Positions 26,775 through 35,325 of a stretch of 64,000 nt of DNA are shown here, in pieces (within the stretch, counting starts at the first letter, position 1; the number at the start of each line of letters is the position of its first letter). The stretch is taken from contig JBKPNQ010000131.1 in the NCBI GenBank assembly GCA_046732715.1, forward strand, positions 1,692 to 65,691, given 5' to 3'. The notes beneath the pieces were generated by a model. That model was not told the origin of the DNA, made no database searches, and worked only from the letters and a program-made list of their open reading frames with translations. The DNA is from Acidobacteriota bacterium (lineage in GTDB: Bacteria; Acidobacteriota; Vicinamibacteria; Vicinamibacterales; 2-12-FULL-66-21). Position numbers and translations under genes: made by a program.

Positions 26775-27187
26775 CGACGACACCGCAGCTGAACGCCTAT
26801 CTGAGCTTCAAGGGTGACTGCGAGGCCGCCTTCCGCGCCTACGCGCAGTGTTTCGGAGGAACGGTTGGCGAGCTGTTTCGATATGGTGGATCGCCGATGG
26901 CGGATCAGGTCCCGCCCGACTGGGCGGACAAGGTCATGCACGGAAGCGTGACAATCTGCGGCCAGATTCTGATGGGGGCCGACACGGTGCCACTGCAGTA
27001 CGAAGCGCCGCGCGGAATCTCACTCGCGCTGCACATCAAGGGCGCGGCTGAAGGCGAGCGGATCTTCTCTGAGCTGGCGGTTGACGGCACGAGCGTCGTG
27101 CCGATGGAGAAGACGTTCTGGGCCGAACGTTTCGGCGTGGTTGTCGATCGATTCGGCATCACCTGGTCGATTAACTGCGAGGCCTGA
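26771..27187 (+). CDS. VOC-family/PhnB-like protein (3-demethylubiquinone-9 methyltransferase-domain type)
   Basis: MTTTPQLNAYLSFKGDCEAAFRAYAQCFGG...VMHGSVTICGQILMGADT...EKTFWAERFGVVVDRFGITWSIN is the standard PhnB/YjdN-like pattern. Confidence 0.9.
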   Translation: MTTTPQLNAYLSFKGDCEAAFRAYAQCFGGTVGELFRYGGSPMADQVPPDWADKVMHGSVTICGQILMGADTVPLQYEAPRGISLALHIKGAAEGERIFSELAVDGTSVVPMEKTFWAERFGVVVDRFGITWSINCEA

Positions 27188-27210
27188 TTGCCCCACTCGC
27201 ACCGACTGAG

Positions 27211-29637
27211 ATGAACTGGCGAAGGTACAGCAGCCTCTTCCTGTCCGCGGTCGTTCTGGCGTCGATGGGTGCGGGAGCGCAGGGTGGGACCGTGCCTAAC
27301 GCCTCGCTGATCGATCTCACGCGCGCCACGATCGTCACGCCACCCACACTGACCGTTCCGGAGCGGACCGCGGTGCGCGTATTGGTCGAGGAGATCGAAA
27401 AGCGCACCACGATCCGATTACCCGTGTCGTCACAATGGCCGACCAACACGGTACCCGTCATCGGGATCGGACCGCTCGCAACGGCTTCACGCTGGGCGGC
27501 GGCCGGGCTTAGCAACGCCGCATCCGCGAGTGCTCCCGGCGCCGAGGGATATCGAATCATCGTCAACGCCGCAGCGCGTGCGGCGCCCACCGTGCTCGTC
27601 CTGGGATCCGACCCGCGAGGAGTCCTGTTTGGCGCCGGCCGGTTGCTGCGCGAACTGCAAATGGCCCGCGGCTCGGTACAAGTGCCGGCCGCCTTCTCGA
27701 TCGTTTCGACACCACAGGTCGCCCTCCGCGGGCATCAGCTCGGCTACCGGCCCAAGACGAACTCCTACGACGCCTGGGACGTGCCGATGTGGGAGCAATA
27801 CATCCGCGACCTTGCGATTTTTGGCACTAATGCGATCGAGCTGATCCCTCCGCGTTCCGACGACGCCGCGGACAGCCCGCACTTTCCGCTTCCGCAGATG
27901 CCGATGATGGTTGAGATGTCGCGCATCGCAAACGAATACGGTCTGGACGTCTGGGTCTGGTACCCCGCGCTCGACAACGACTACGCGGATCCGAAGCAGA
28001 TCGATTTCGCCCTCAAAGAGTGGGCCGATGTTCTGTCGAAACTACCCCGCGTGGACGCCGTGTTCGTACCTGGTGGGGATCCCGGTCACACTGAACCTCG
28101 CCATCTGATGGCGCTGCTGGAGAAGCAAACCGCGAATCTGCGCCGATACCATCCGAAGCTTCAGATGTGGATGTCGCCACAGGGTTTCACGAAGGAGTGG
28201 ATGGCTCAGTTCTACCAGATTCTGCAAACGGAACCTGCGTGGCTCACCGGCGTCGTCTTTGGACCGCAGGTCCGCGATAGCTTGCCCGTGTTGCGCGCAA
28301 GAGTACCGACGCGATATCGGATCCGGCACTATCCGGACATCACCCACAGCCTTCGCTCTCAGTACCCGGTACCGGACTGGGACCTCGCGCACGCGCTCAC
28401 GTCACAACGCGAGCCGATCAATCCACGGCCGATCGATGAAGCGGCGATCTTCCGCGCCGCGGAGCCATACGCACGCGACTTCATCAGCTACTCGGAGGGA
28501 TGCAACGACGATGTGAACAAGATCGTGTGGAGTGGGCTTGGATGGGACCCGAAGAGCGATGTGCTGCAGATTCTGCGCGAGTACAGTCATTACTTCCTGG
28601 GGCCCGCCTACACCGACTCGTTCGCGGAAGGCCTGCTTGCGCTCGAGCGCAACTGGAGGGGCGCGCTTGCGGCCAATGCGTCAGTCTATGCGACGCTGGA
28701 ACAGTTCCAGGCAATGGAGCGCGCCGCATCGCCGGCCGACTTGCGCAACTGGCGCTTTCAACAGGCGCTGTACCGCGCCTACTATGACGCGCACGTGCGG
28801 AGTCGGCTGCTGCACGAGACGGCGATTGAAGAGCGGGCGCTCGAACGCCTGCGCGTGGCGAGAAACGGCGAATCGCGCCAGGCGCTGTCGGAAGCTGCGC
28901 GGATTCTGGACGAGGCCCAGGTTCGCCGGGCTCTCGAGTGGCGTCAGCGCGTCTACGTTCTTGCGGAAGCGCTCTTTCAAAGCATTCGACAACAGCTGAG
29001 CGTCGAGCGCTACGGTGCGATCGCGGTCGGGCGCGGGGCCACGCTTGACAGCTTCGAAACGCCACTGAACAGCAGAGGATGGCTCCTCGCACGGTTCGGC
29101 GAAGCGGCAGCGCTGGCCAGCGAAGCGGAAAGACTCGCCGCCATCGAACGCATCGTCCACTGGACTGATCCTGGCGTCGGCGGCTTTTACGATGACCTCG
29201 GCAACCCGTCGCAGCAGCCGCATCTTGTGACGGCGCTGCCGTACGAGGAGGATCCGCAACGCTTCAAGTCCACGCTGACCGGTTTTGGCTACTCGCCAGA
29301 CTGGCGGCTGTCCTGGATGACGCACGCCGAATCGCTTTGGGACACCCCCTTGGAAATGCGCTACACCCGACTGGATCGAACGGTGCGGTATCGGGTGCGT
29401 GTCGTTTACGCCGGCGATGTGTTCAACGTCAACGGTCTGGTACGGCTCGTCGCGAACGGCACGTTCGAAATCCATCCACTCATGAAGAAAGAGTTGCCAA
29501 TCAAGCCAATGGAGTTCGACGTGCCTGTGGAGGCGACCCGCGGCGGTGAGCTGACGCTGACGTTCACTGGCCCGCCCGGCATCGGCGGGTCCGGCCGTGC
29601 CAATCAGGTCGCCGAAGTCTGGCTGTTGCGAAAATGA
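27211..29637 (+). CDS. Secreted large hydrolase-like protein, probably a glycoside hydrolase (family not assignable by eye)
   Basis: 808 aa. Signal peptide MNWRRYSSLFLSAVVLASMGAGAQG. The N-terminal GYRI..VLGSDPRGVLFGAGRLLREL pattern resembles the N-domains of alpha-glucuronidase-type enzymes. It is followed by a TIM-barrel-like region (RGHQLGYRP..., NAIELIPP, VWVWYPA, FVPGGDPG). The functional call is weak. Confidence 0.8.
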   Translation: MNWRRYSSLFLSAVVLASMGAGAQGGTVPNASLIDLTRATIVTPPTLTVPERTAVRVLVEEIEKRTTIRLPVSSQWPTNTVPVIGIGPLATASRWAAAGLSNAASASAPGAEGYRIIVNAAARAAPTVLVLGSDPRGVLFGAGRLLRELQMARGSVQVPAAFSIVSTPQVALRGHQLGYRPKTNSYDAWDVPMWEQYIRDLAIFGTNAIELIPPRSDDAADSPHFPLPQMPMMVEMSRIANEYGLDVWVWYPALDNDYADPKQIDFALKEWADVLSKLPRVDAVFVPGGDPGHTEPRHLMALLEKQTANLRRYHPKLQMWMSPQGFTKEWMAQFYQILQTEPAWLTGVVFGPQVRDSLPVLRARVPTRYRIRHYPDITHSLRSQYPVPDWDLAHALTSQREPINPRPIDEAAIFRAAEPYARDFISYSEGCNDDVNKIVWSGLGWDPKSDVLQILREYSHYFLGPAYTDSFAEGLLALERNWRGALAANASVYATLEQFQAMERAASPADLRNWRFQQALYRAYYDAHVRSRLLHETAIEERALERLRVARNGESRQALSEAARILDEAQVRRALEWRQRVYVLAEALFQSIRQQLSVERYGAIAVGRGATLDSFETPLNSRGWLLARFGEAAALASEAERLAAIERIVHWTDPGVGGFYDDLGNPSQQPHLVTALPYEEDPQRFKSTLTGFGYSPDWRLSWMTHAESLWDTPLEMRYTRLDRTVRYRVRVVYAGDVFNVNGLVRLVANGTFEIHPLMKKELPIKPMEFDVPVEATRGGELTLTFTGPPGIGGSGRANQVAEVWLLRK

Positions 29638-29653
29638 CGACCACGAACTCCGG

Positions 29654-31177
29654 TCACTCGGCGCTATTGCTCACAAAGGCAATCATCCGGCCGTCTGGCG
29701 ACCACGAGGGCACGTTGATCGTGCCCTGGCCGCCGTAGACATACGCGATCACTTTTGGCGCGCCGCCATCGACCGGCATCACGCGTAAGTACACGCGCTT
29801 GTAGTACGGATGGTCCGATGGGTCGATCCCCTTTGGAAAGCTGATGAAGGCGATCGACTGACCGTCGGGCGAGATGTGCGGGAACCAGTTGTTCAGATCG
29901 TCATTGGTGATTCGTTCGGGATCCTTCCCGTCCGCGGTCATCCGCCAAATCTGCATCGTCGCTCCGCCGCGGAGCGAGTTGAAGTAGATGTACTTTCCAT
30001 CCGGGCTGTACTCGGGCCCATCGTCCAGGCCGGGAGTCTCAGTCAGATTGACCTCGGCGCCGCTGCCGTCAGACGCAATCCGATAGATATCGAATTCTTT
30101 GTTCCGGCCGCCGGTGTAGACGAGCCATTTACCATCGGGCGACCAGCCGTGAAGATAGGACGGCGTCAGAGGCGTGATGCGCTTCGGTGTGCCCCCACCT
30201 GTCGCCATCGTGTAGATCGTCGACGCGTTGCCGCTGCCATCGCTGATGCCGAGCATCGTGCCGTCGAACGAGAGCACGTGATCGTTGTTGGCGCGATTCA
30301 GCGTGCCGGTCTCGATGGCCGTGGGCTGCCGCGTCGCGAGATCGAACCTGAACAGCCGGCCGCGATTCTCGCCGCGTCCGCTGCTGTTATAGATCAGCGC
30401 GCCGCCATCGACCGTCCAATTCGGTGCCTCGAAGGGCTCCTGCGCCCGATGGATCATTAGCCGGCGACCAGTCTGCACTTCGAGCAGCTCCAGCACGCTG
30501 CCGATGTAGTCGCGATACGGAACGAAATCCGCCTTTGCCGGGCGGATGATGCGAACGTTGCTGAACACCGCTCGCTCGACGACGTCGGGGTTGTGCGAGC
30601 AGAGGGCCAGGCCAACGACTACTTCGTCTCCCAGGTCGATGCTCGAGACCTCAGTGTCGACGAACGGCTCGCCAAATCTCGCCGCCGAGAAGGTGAACGT
30701 CGAGCCGCGGCGTTCCAGCTGCAGGACGTCCGCAGCTTTGATGGCAGCCTGTTTTTCTTCGGTGATGGCGCCTTTGCTCCGGCGGAACTGCAGCGACGTC
30801 AGCCCGTCGCCGTGGACGATTCCGTCGGCATAGGCGGCATCAGGATCCTGGCTCGAGCGAACGATCAGGCCGGCCTTGCGATGCGCCTCCACACCGTTGC
30901 CAATCAGCTGCACGCGCGTCTGCAGGATGAAATCGCCCCGGAGGCGCTTCCATACAAAGTGAAACTCGTCGCGCTGCGCCCACATGTTCGTGCCCGCAGC
31001 GGTGATGGTGTACTCCTGCGACACGGGGTTGAATGCCGCCGAGCCGGCGATTCTCGGCGCGCCGACGTCGCCGTGGCCGTCAAAGTCGCCGAGCGGGATC
31101 GTTTGTGCGTCGAGAAACACGGCAGCTCCGGCGATGGCGACGGCAACCAGGGCCAGAAGAACTCTTCGTACACGCAT
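29654..31177 (-). CDS. Exported TolB-like (PD40/WD40-like) beta-propeller protein with N-terminal lectin/LamG-like domain
   Basis: Start ATG 31177. Signal peptide MRVRRVLLALVAVAIAGAAVFLDAQ. The C-terminal half has PD40 repeats (WSPDGKWLVY, YSPDGKYIYF, ISPDGQSIAF, WSPDGRMIAF). Confidence 0.9.
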   Translation of the reverse strand: MRVRRVLLALVAVAIAGAAVFLDAQTIPLGDFDGHGDVGAPRIAGSAAFNPVSQEYTITAAGTNMWAQRDEFHFVWKRLRGDFILQTRVQLIGNGVEAHRKAGLIVRSSQDPDAAYADGIVHGDGLTSLQFRRSKGAITEEKQAAIKAADVLQLERRGSTFTFSAARFGEPFVDTEVSSIDLGDEVVVGLALCSHNPDVVERAVFSNVRIIRPAKADFVPYRDYIGSVLELLEVQTGRRLMIHRAQEPFEAPNWTVDGGALIYNSSGRGENRGRLFRFDLATRQPTAIETGTLNRANNDHVLSFDGTMLGISDGSGNASTIYTMATGGGTPKRITPLTPSYLHGWSPDGKWLVYTGGRNKEFDIYRIASDGSGAEVNLTETPGLDDGPEYSPDGKYIYFNSLRGGATMQIWRMTADGKDPERITNDDLNNWFPHISPDGQSIAFISFPKGIDPSDHPYYKRVYLRVMPVDGGAPKVIAYVYGGQGTINVPSWSPDGRMIAFVSNSAE

Positions 31178-31235
31178 GACTTCACCAACCATCGTTGCGG
31201 GTGCCGAGCAGTGTAGCGCAGATGTGTCGCCGGCG

Positions 31236-31346
31236 ATTAGCAAGTTTAGGGCGCTTGGCGTCGCGCGTCTCCATCTCTACCAGCTTCACACACCGGATCC
31301 CCGAACGCCCTTGGCCACTAGCGTTCGTGCGCTTCAACAACTCAAG
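31236..31346 (+). pseudogene. Aldo/keto-reductase gene fragment (about 37 codons)
   Basis: Reads ISKFRALGVARLHLYQLHTPDPRTPLATSVRALQQLK. This matches the AKR segment ..L.RLGTDYIDLYQLHRPDP.TPIEET..AL..L. Nothing AKR-like lies before or after it. It sits in the divergent intergenic space next to the TolB-like gene start. Confidence 0.4.
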
Positions 31347-31394
31347 GTCTCGACCAGCATCGAAGATGCGCAAACCAACGCGGCCTGGCGATTC

Positions 31395-32003
31395 GTGAAC
31401 CGCTATGGACGGCTTCCTTCCGACAACGATCTCGCGCGGTTGAAACGGTCTGACACCACTCTTTTCCTGTCAGGCGCGCAGTTCACGTACCGCCGCGAAC
31501 TCGAGCCGCCGGACGCATCCGAAGGCTTCTCACGCGTCGAGGTCATCCCGTTCGTCCGACGCCAGGATTCGGATTTCGTCAACCGGGCGGTCATCGTTTC
31601 CTGCGACGACGTCGACGATTTCGTGCGTGTAGCTGCGCAGCTGCGTACTTTTCACAATCGAGGCTACCGACTGCTTGGCATCTCGTGGCAGCCGGAGATT
31701 GCGGAAGGAAAGCGGTCCGAGGACGCCGTCAAAATGACGTTCGCACGCGAGTGCAAGCGTCTTGGTCTCGAAGTGGACGTCGAGTGCTGTCCGCACGCGG
31801 CCGGCCCGCCGCGATGCTGGTGTCGCAAGCCGCTTCCCGGCCTCGGTGTCGTATTCATCAAGCGCTACCGCCTGGACCCGGCCCAGTGTATCTACGTCGG
31901 GACCGGCCCTCACGACTCGGGGTTCGCGCGGCGCCCCGGGTTCGCGTTTTGCGATGCTGTCGATCTCGCATCAGGCAAGGACGAAGGCACAGCTTGCCGA
32001 TGA
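31395..32003 (+). CDS. HAD-IIIA (GmhB/histidinol-phosphatase-like) protein with degenerate catalytic motifs (possible pseudoenzyme or pseudogene)
   Basis: CPHAAGPPRCWCRKPLPGLG matches the GmhB Zn-loop/motif III (CPH....C.CRKP.PG). Motif I reads VIVSCDDV instead of F.DRDGT, and motif IV reads VGTGPHD instead of VGD...D. The start is uncertain: GTG 31395 is chosen, the frame is open back to 30984, and ATG 31176 would overlap the divergent gene's start codon. Confidence 0.45.
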   Translation: MNRYGRLPSDNDLARLKRSDTTLFLSGAQFTYRRELEPPDASEGFSRVEVIPFVRRQDSDFVNRAVIVSCDDVDDFVRVAAQLRTFHNRGYRLLGISWQPEIAEGKRSEDAVKMTFARECKRLGLEVDVECCPHAAGPPRCWCRKPLPGLGVVFIKRYRLDPAQCIYVGTGPHDSGFARRPGFAFCDAVDLASGKDEGTACR

Positions 32004-32180
32004 CAGACGTCTTGGGATCCCGAATGTCGATGCAACCGTCCAAGCGTTGCAAGCTCTTGACCTGTCGGGATAATCACTCGGTCCTGGTCCCCGCACAAGG
32101 GCACGGCCGAGGTCCGTTGACGACCGCGCCAATCGGTCGGCCGCCCGTAATCCTTCAAGTGGTAACCTATCGGCGCTCCG

Positions 32181-33449
32181 ATGAACCACGATGATCTATC
32201 GCGTCGCTCCTTTCTGAAACGAAGTGCGGCACTCGCGGTTGTTTCGCCGCTGGCGACGTTCTTCTCCGCGACACGGCGCACTCAAGCCACCAGGCCGCTC
32301 ATTGCCTACGTGGGAACGTTCAGTTCGCCTCTTCACGACACGTTACCGACGCAGGTCGATCTGCCTCCGGGAAATGGCCGCGGCATCCATGTCTTCCACG
32401 TCGATCGCGCCACCGGCGCGATGACGCCGAGTGGGATCGTCGAGATAGGCACCAGCCCGAATTGCCTGGTGACCAACGCTGCCGGAACCCGACTCTACTC
32501 AGCGAATGAGACCGACCAGATTGGGGAAGATAAGCAGGGCACCGCCAGCGCCTTCGATATCAGCCGGACCGACGGCGGACTGAAGCTTCTCAACTCCGTG
32601 CGAACAGGCGGTGCCGGGCCCACCTATGTCAGCGTTCATCCGCGCGGACGCCACCTGCTCGTTGCCAACTACTTCGGCGGTTCGGCCGCGGTGCTCCCGA
32701 TAGTCGCCGACGGACGCCTTGGCGAGGTCTCGGACGTTAAGGTCGATGCCGGCACCATTGGTCCGCGCCGGGCGACGAGCGCGCCATCCGGCAGCTTCGC
32801 GGTGAGCGGGCACGATCGGACTCATGCCCATATGATCCGTGCCGATGCCTCTGGACGGTTCGTGCTCCACGTGGACCTGGGCCTGGACACGATCTTCATC
32901 TGGCGGTTCGACGAGCAGCGCGGCACCCTGACGCCAAACGATCCGCCGTCGGTATCGCTCCCTGCCGGCGATGGACCACGCCATTTCGACTTTCATCCAA
33001 ACGGCCGGTGGTTCTACTCGATTCAGGAGGAGGGCTCCACGATTGCCCTGTTCGACTACGACTCTGGACAGGGACGCTTGACGATACGGCAGACGATCTC
33101 CAGTCTGCCGCCCGGTATTGCCGGCAGCAACTTCTGCTCGGAGATTCTCGTATCCGCGGATGGACGCTATGTGTACGCTGGCAATCGGCTGCACGACAGC
33201 ATCGGCATCTTCTCTGTCGGCGCCGACGGGCGCCTGACGCATGCGGGTGACGAGTGGACACGCGGGGATTATCCTCGCAGCTTCAGCTTCGATCCGACCG
33301 GACGCTTCCTGTACTGCTGTAACCAGCGATCCGACGTCATCACCGTCTTCCGCGTCGACCGCGCGAGCGGCGGCCTTTCATTCACCGGTCAGTATGTTTC
33401 CGTGGGTAACCCCTCGAGCATTGCCTTTGTTGATCTCGCACAGTCCTGA
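32181..33449 (+). CDS. Tat-exported lactonase, 7-bladed beta-propeller (6-phosphogluconolactonase/YbhE family)
   Basis: Twin-arginine signal LSRRSFLKRSAALAV. GPTYVSVHPRGRHLLVANY, GPRHFDFHPNGRWFYSIQE, ILVSADGRYVYAGNR and PRSFSFDPTGRFLYCCNQ are the repeated blade motifs of this family. Confidence 0.9.
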   Translation: MNHDDLSRRSFLKRSAALAVVSPLATFFSATRRTQATRPLIAYVGTFSSPLHDTLPTQVDLPPGNGRGIHVFHVDRATGAMTPSGIVEIGTSPNCLVTNAAGTRLYSANETDQIGEDKQGTASAFDISRTDGGLKLLNSVRTGGAGPTYVSVHPRGRHLLVANYFGGSAAVLPIVADGRLGEVSDVKVDAGTIGPRRATSAPSGSFAVSGHDRTHAHMIRADASGRFVLHVDLGLDTIFIWRFDEQRGTLTPNDPPSVSLPAGDGPRHFDFHPNGRWFYSIQEEGSTIALFDYDSGQGRLTIRQTISSLPPGIAGSNFCSEILVSADGRYVYAGNRLHDSIGIFSVGADGRLTHAGDEWTRGDYPRSFSFDPTGRFLYCCNQRSDVITVFRVDRASGGLSFTGQYVSVGNPSSIAFVDLAQS

Positions 33450-33493
33450 CGTGCCGCGACGGCTGGCTATCGACCGACGATGAGGGGACGTGC

Positions 33494-35125
33494 TCAGCGG
33501 AACTCGTACAACACAGCCTCGCCTTCGCTATCGCTGAAGACGCCGAGCTTGCGTACTCCCTCGTCCGCGTCGAGCGTAGCCACTGTGTGCTCGTACTTCT
33601 GCCGGTCGTCGCCGTACCCGGTCTGGTGAACCACCACGTAGCGAACGTCTGCCCGGCGGAGGACGCGAAGCGAGAACGGCTCCGGAAACCGTCGCAGATC
33701 CATGAGGCGGCGGTAGTACACCGGCGGCGAGAATCCACTGTAGCCATTCAGCAGCGGTTTCCAATGAAAGATCGACAGGTATGCGTATCTGGCCTCCTCT
33801 CCCGCACGGGCACCGTCGGGCATGGGAAACTCGGCGACAACTCCGGGCGGTTGGCTGGCCAGCAGTCGGTATATTGGCGGCGCTGTATTCGGATACGTGG
33901 CGAGGGGGACAGTCGTGTAATCTTCCAGCAGGATGACGGACAACAGGGCCAGCAGCAGTATCACGCGGCTGCGCAAACGCAGCGAGGCAGCAAGGAAGGT
34001 GTAGCCGAACCCGGCAAGGACCGCCAGAAAGAGCACCACGAAGATGCCGAGCCGCGCCGGCGCTCTCAATCCATGAAACACCGAGACATGCTCGTGAAGG
34101 AACGTGTACGAGTATCCTCGAAGACCAAGTGAAGCTTCGAACGCCGCAATAACAGCCAGGACATATACGATGATCAGGCGCGATGGCGGCCGCAAGAGCA
34201 TGGCGACGACGGCGAGCAGACAGGCGACCGCACCCGGAAACAGGCGACGCTCCCCTTCTCCTCGCGTCTGCCATCGGCCGTACAGCCAGTTCTCGGCCGG
34301 CACGATGAGATAGTCAGCCGGACGAGCGGCAAACGTGCGGACTTCATCGATAGGTCGCTCCCCGACCCGATCCCGCGCGAGACGGTAGGGACCTGCGTAC
34401 GGTCCGATAAAAGCGACGGCGAGAATCGCGCCGGCGACCAGTGCGAGCATCACGCGGCGCACGTTCATCCGGCTGTTGCCCAGCTGCAACAGCAGGCCGC
34501 ACATGGCGAGCAACGTCGCCAGAAAGATGCCGTAGTAAATGCTCGAAAACATCTGCAGCGCCACTGCCGCTCCGGTCGCCAGCCCGTGACGGATCCGGGG
34601 TATTTCAATCGTCCGGTGGAGCGCCAGAAACGCGAGCGGCATCCACATGGTCCACTGCAACTCCATGTGCATGATGTGCTCGAACCGGTAAGGCGCAAAC
34701 GCGAAGATGGTTCCGGCAAGGATCCCGGCGCCGCGGCTGCCCGTGAGATACCAGACCAGCGCGAACATGGTCACGGCCGACAGCACGATCGCGCCGAGCA
34801 TCAGGAGGTTGTGCACGAGCACCGGCGCGGTGCCCAGCCAGATGAGCGGCGCGGCGATCGCTCCCTGAACAAGCATCGCGTCCGAAAACGCCAGCGTACG
34901 GGGCTCCGGATAGAAGATGTTGCCGTTGAACAGATTACCAGGCGAGGTCGACAGCGCGTGAGCGATCCACTGCAGCCGCCACATGTTGAAATAGACGTCC
35001 TGGTTCAGAATCGCGCTGTCGGAGATGTGCCGCGCCTGCGGCCACATCATGACGCCGGTGAGAGCGAGGAACAGCGCACCCGCCAGCGCCGTCTGCCGGA
35101 TCCATTTTGCTGAGTCGGCCAACAT
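33494..35125 (-). CDS. Large polytopic membrane protein, GT-C-like (putative glycosyltransferase; function unproven), paralogue 1
   Basis: 543 aa with about 11 hydrophobic helices, then a ~110-aa soluble C-terminus. Conserved N-terminal block WPQ.....D...NMWRL.W.AHAL..SPG....GNIFYPEPRTL.FSDAM. Collinear homologue of 35326..36936. Confidence 0.85.
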   Translation of the reverse strand: MLADSAKWIRQTALAGALFLALTGVMMWPQARHISDSAILNQDVYFNMWRLQWIAHALSTSPGNLFNGNIFYPEPRTLAFSDAMLVQGAIAAPLIWLGTAPVLVHNLLMLGAIVLSAVTMFALVWYLTGSRGAGILAGTIFAFAPYRFEHIMHMELQWTMWMPLAFLALHRTIEIPRIRHGLATGAAVALQMFSSIYYGIFLATLLAMCGLLLQLGNSRMNVRRVMLALVAGAILAVAFIGPYAGPYRLARDRVGERPIDEVRTFAARPADYLIVPAENWLYGRWQTRGEGERRLFPGAVACLLAVVAMLLRPPSRLIIVYVLAVIAAFEASLGLRGYSYTFLHEHVSVFHGLRAPARLGIFVVLFLAVLAGFGYTFLAASLRLRSRVILLLALLSVILLEDYTTVPLATYPNTAPPIYRLLASQPPGVVAEFPMPDGARAGEEARYAYLSIFHWKPLLNGYSGFSPPVYYRRLMDLRRFPEPFSLRVLRRADVRYVVVHQTGYGDDRQKYEHTVATLDADEGVRKLGVFSDSEGEAVLYEFR

Positions 35126-35325
35126 TCTTATCGATGCAGGAAGCGCAAGCTGCGCTCCTTTTTTGTCCCGCGAAATTCCGGGAAAAGCAAACGTCCGTCG
35201 TTTTGGAAGTACTGCCGGCCGGGCCGCGCGGAAGCATTTCGGACAACGTCACTTGCGAGGTACCATCGAGCGCTCGCCGTCCCCATACAGGTTACTCGCC
35301 TTCTCGACTGGTACGGGTTGTTGAC

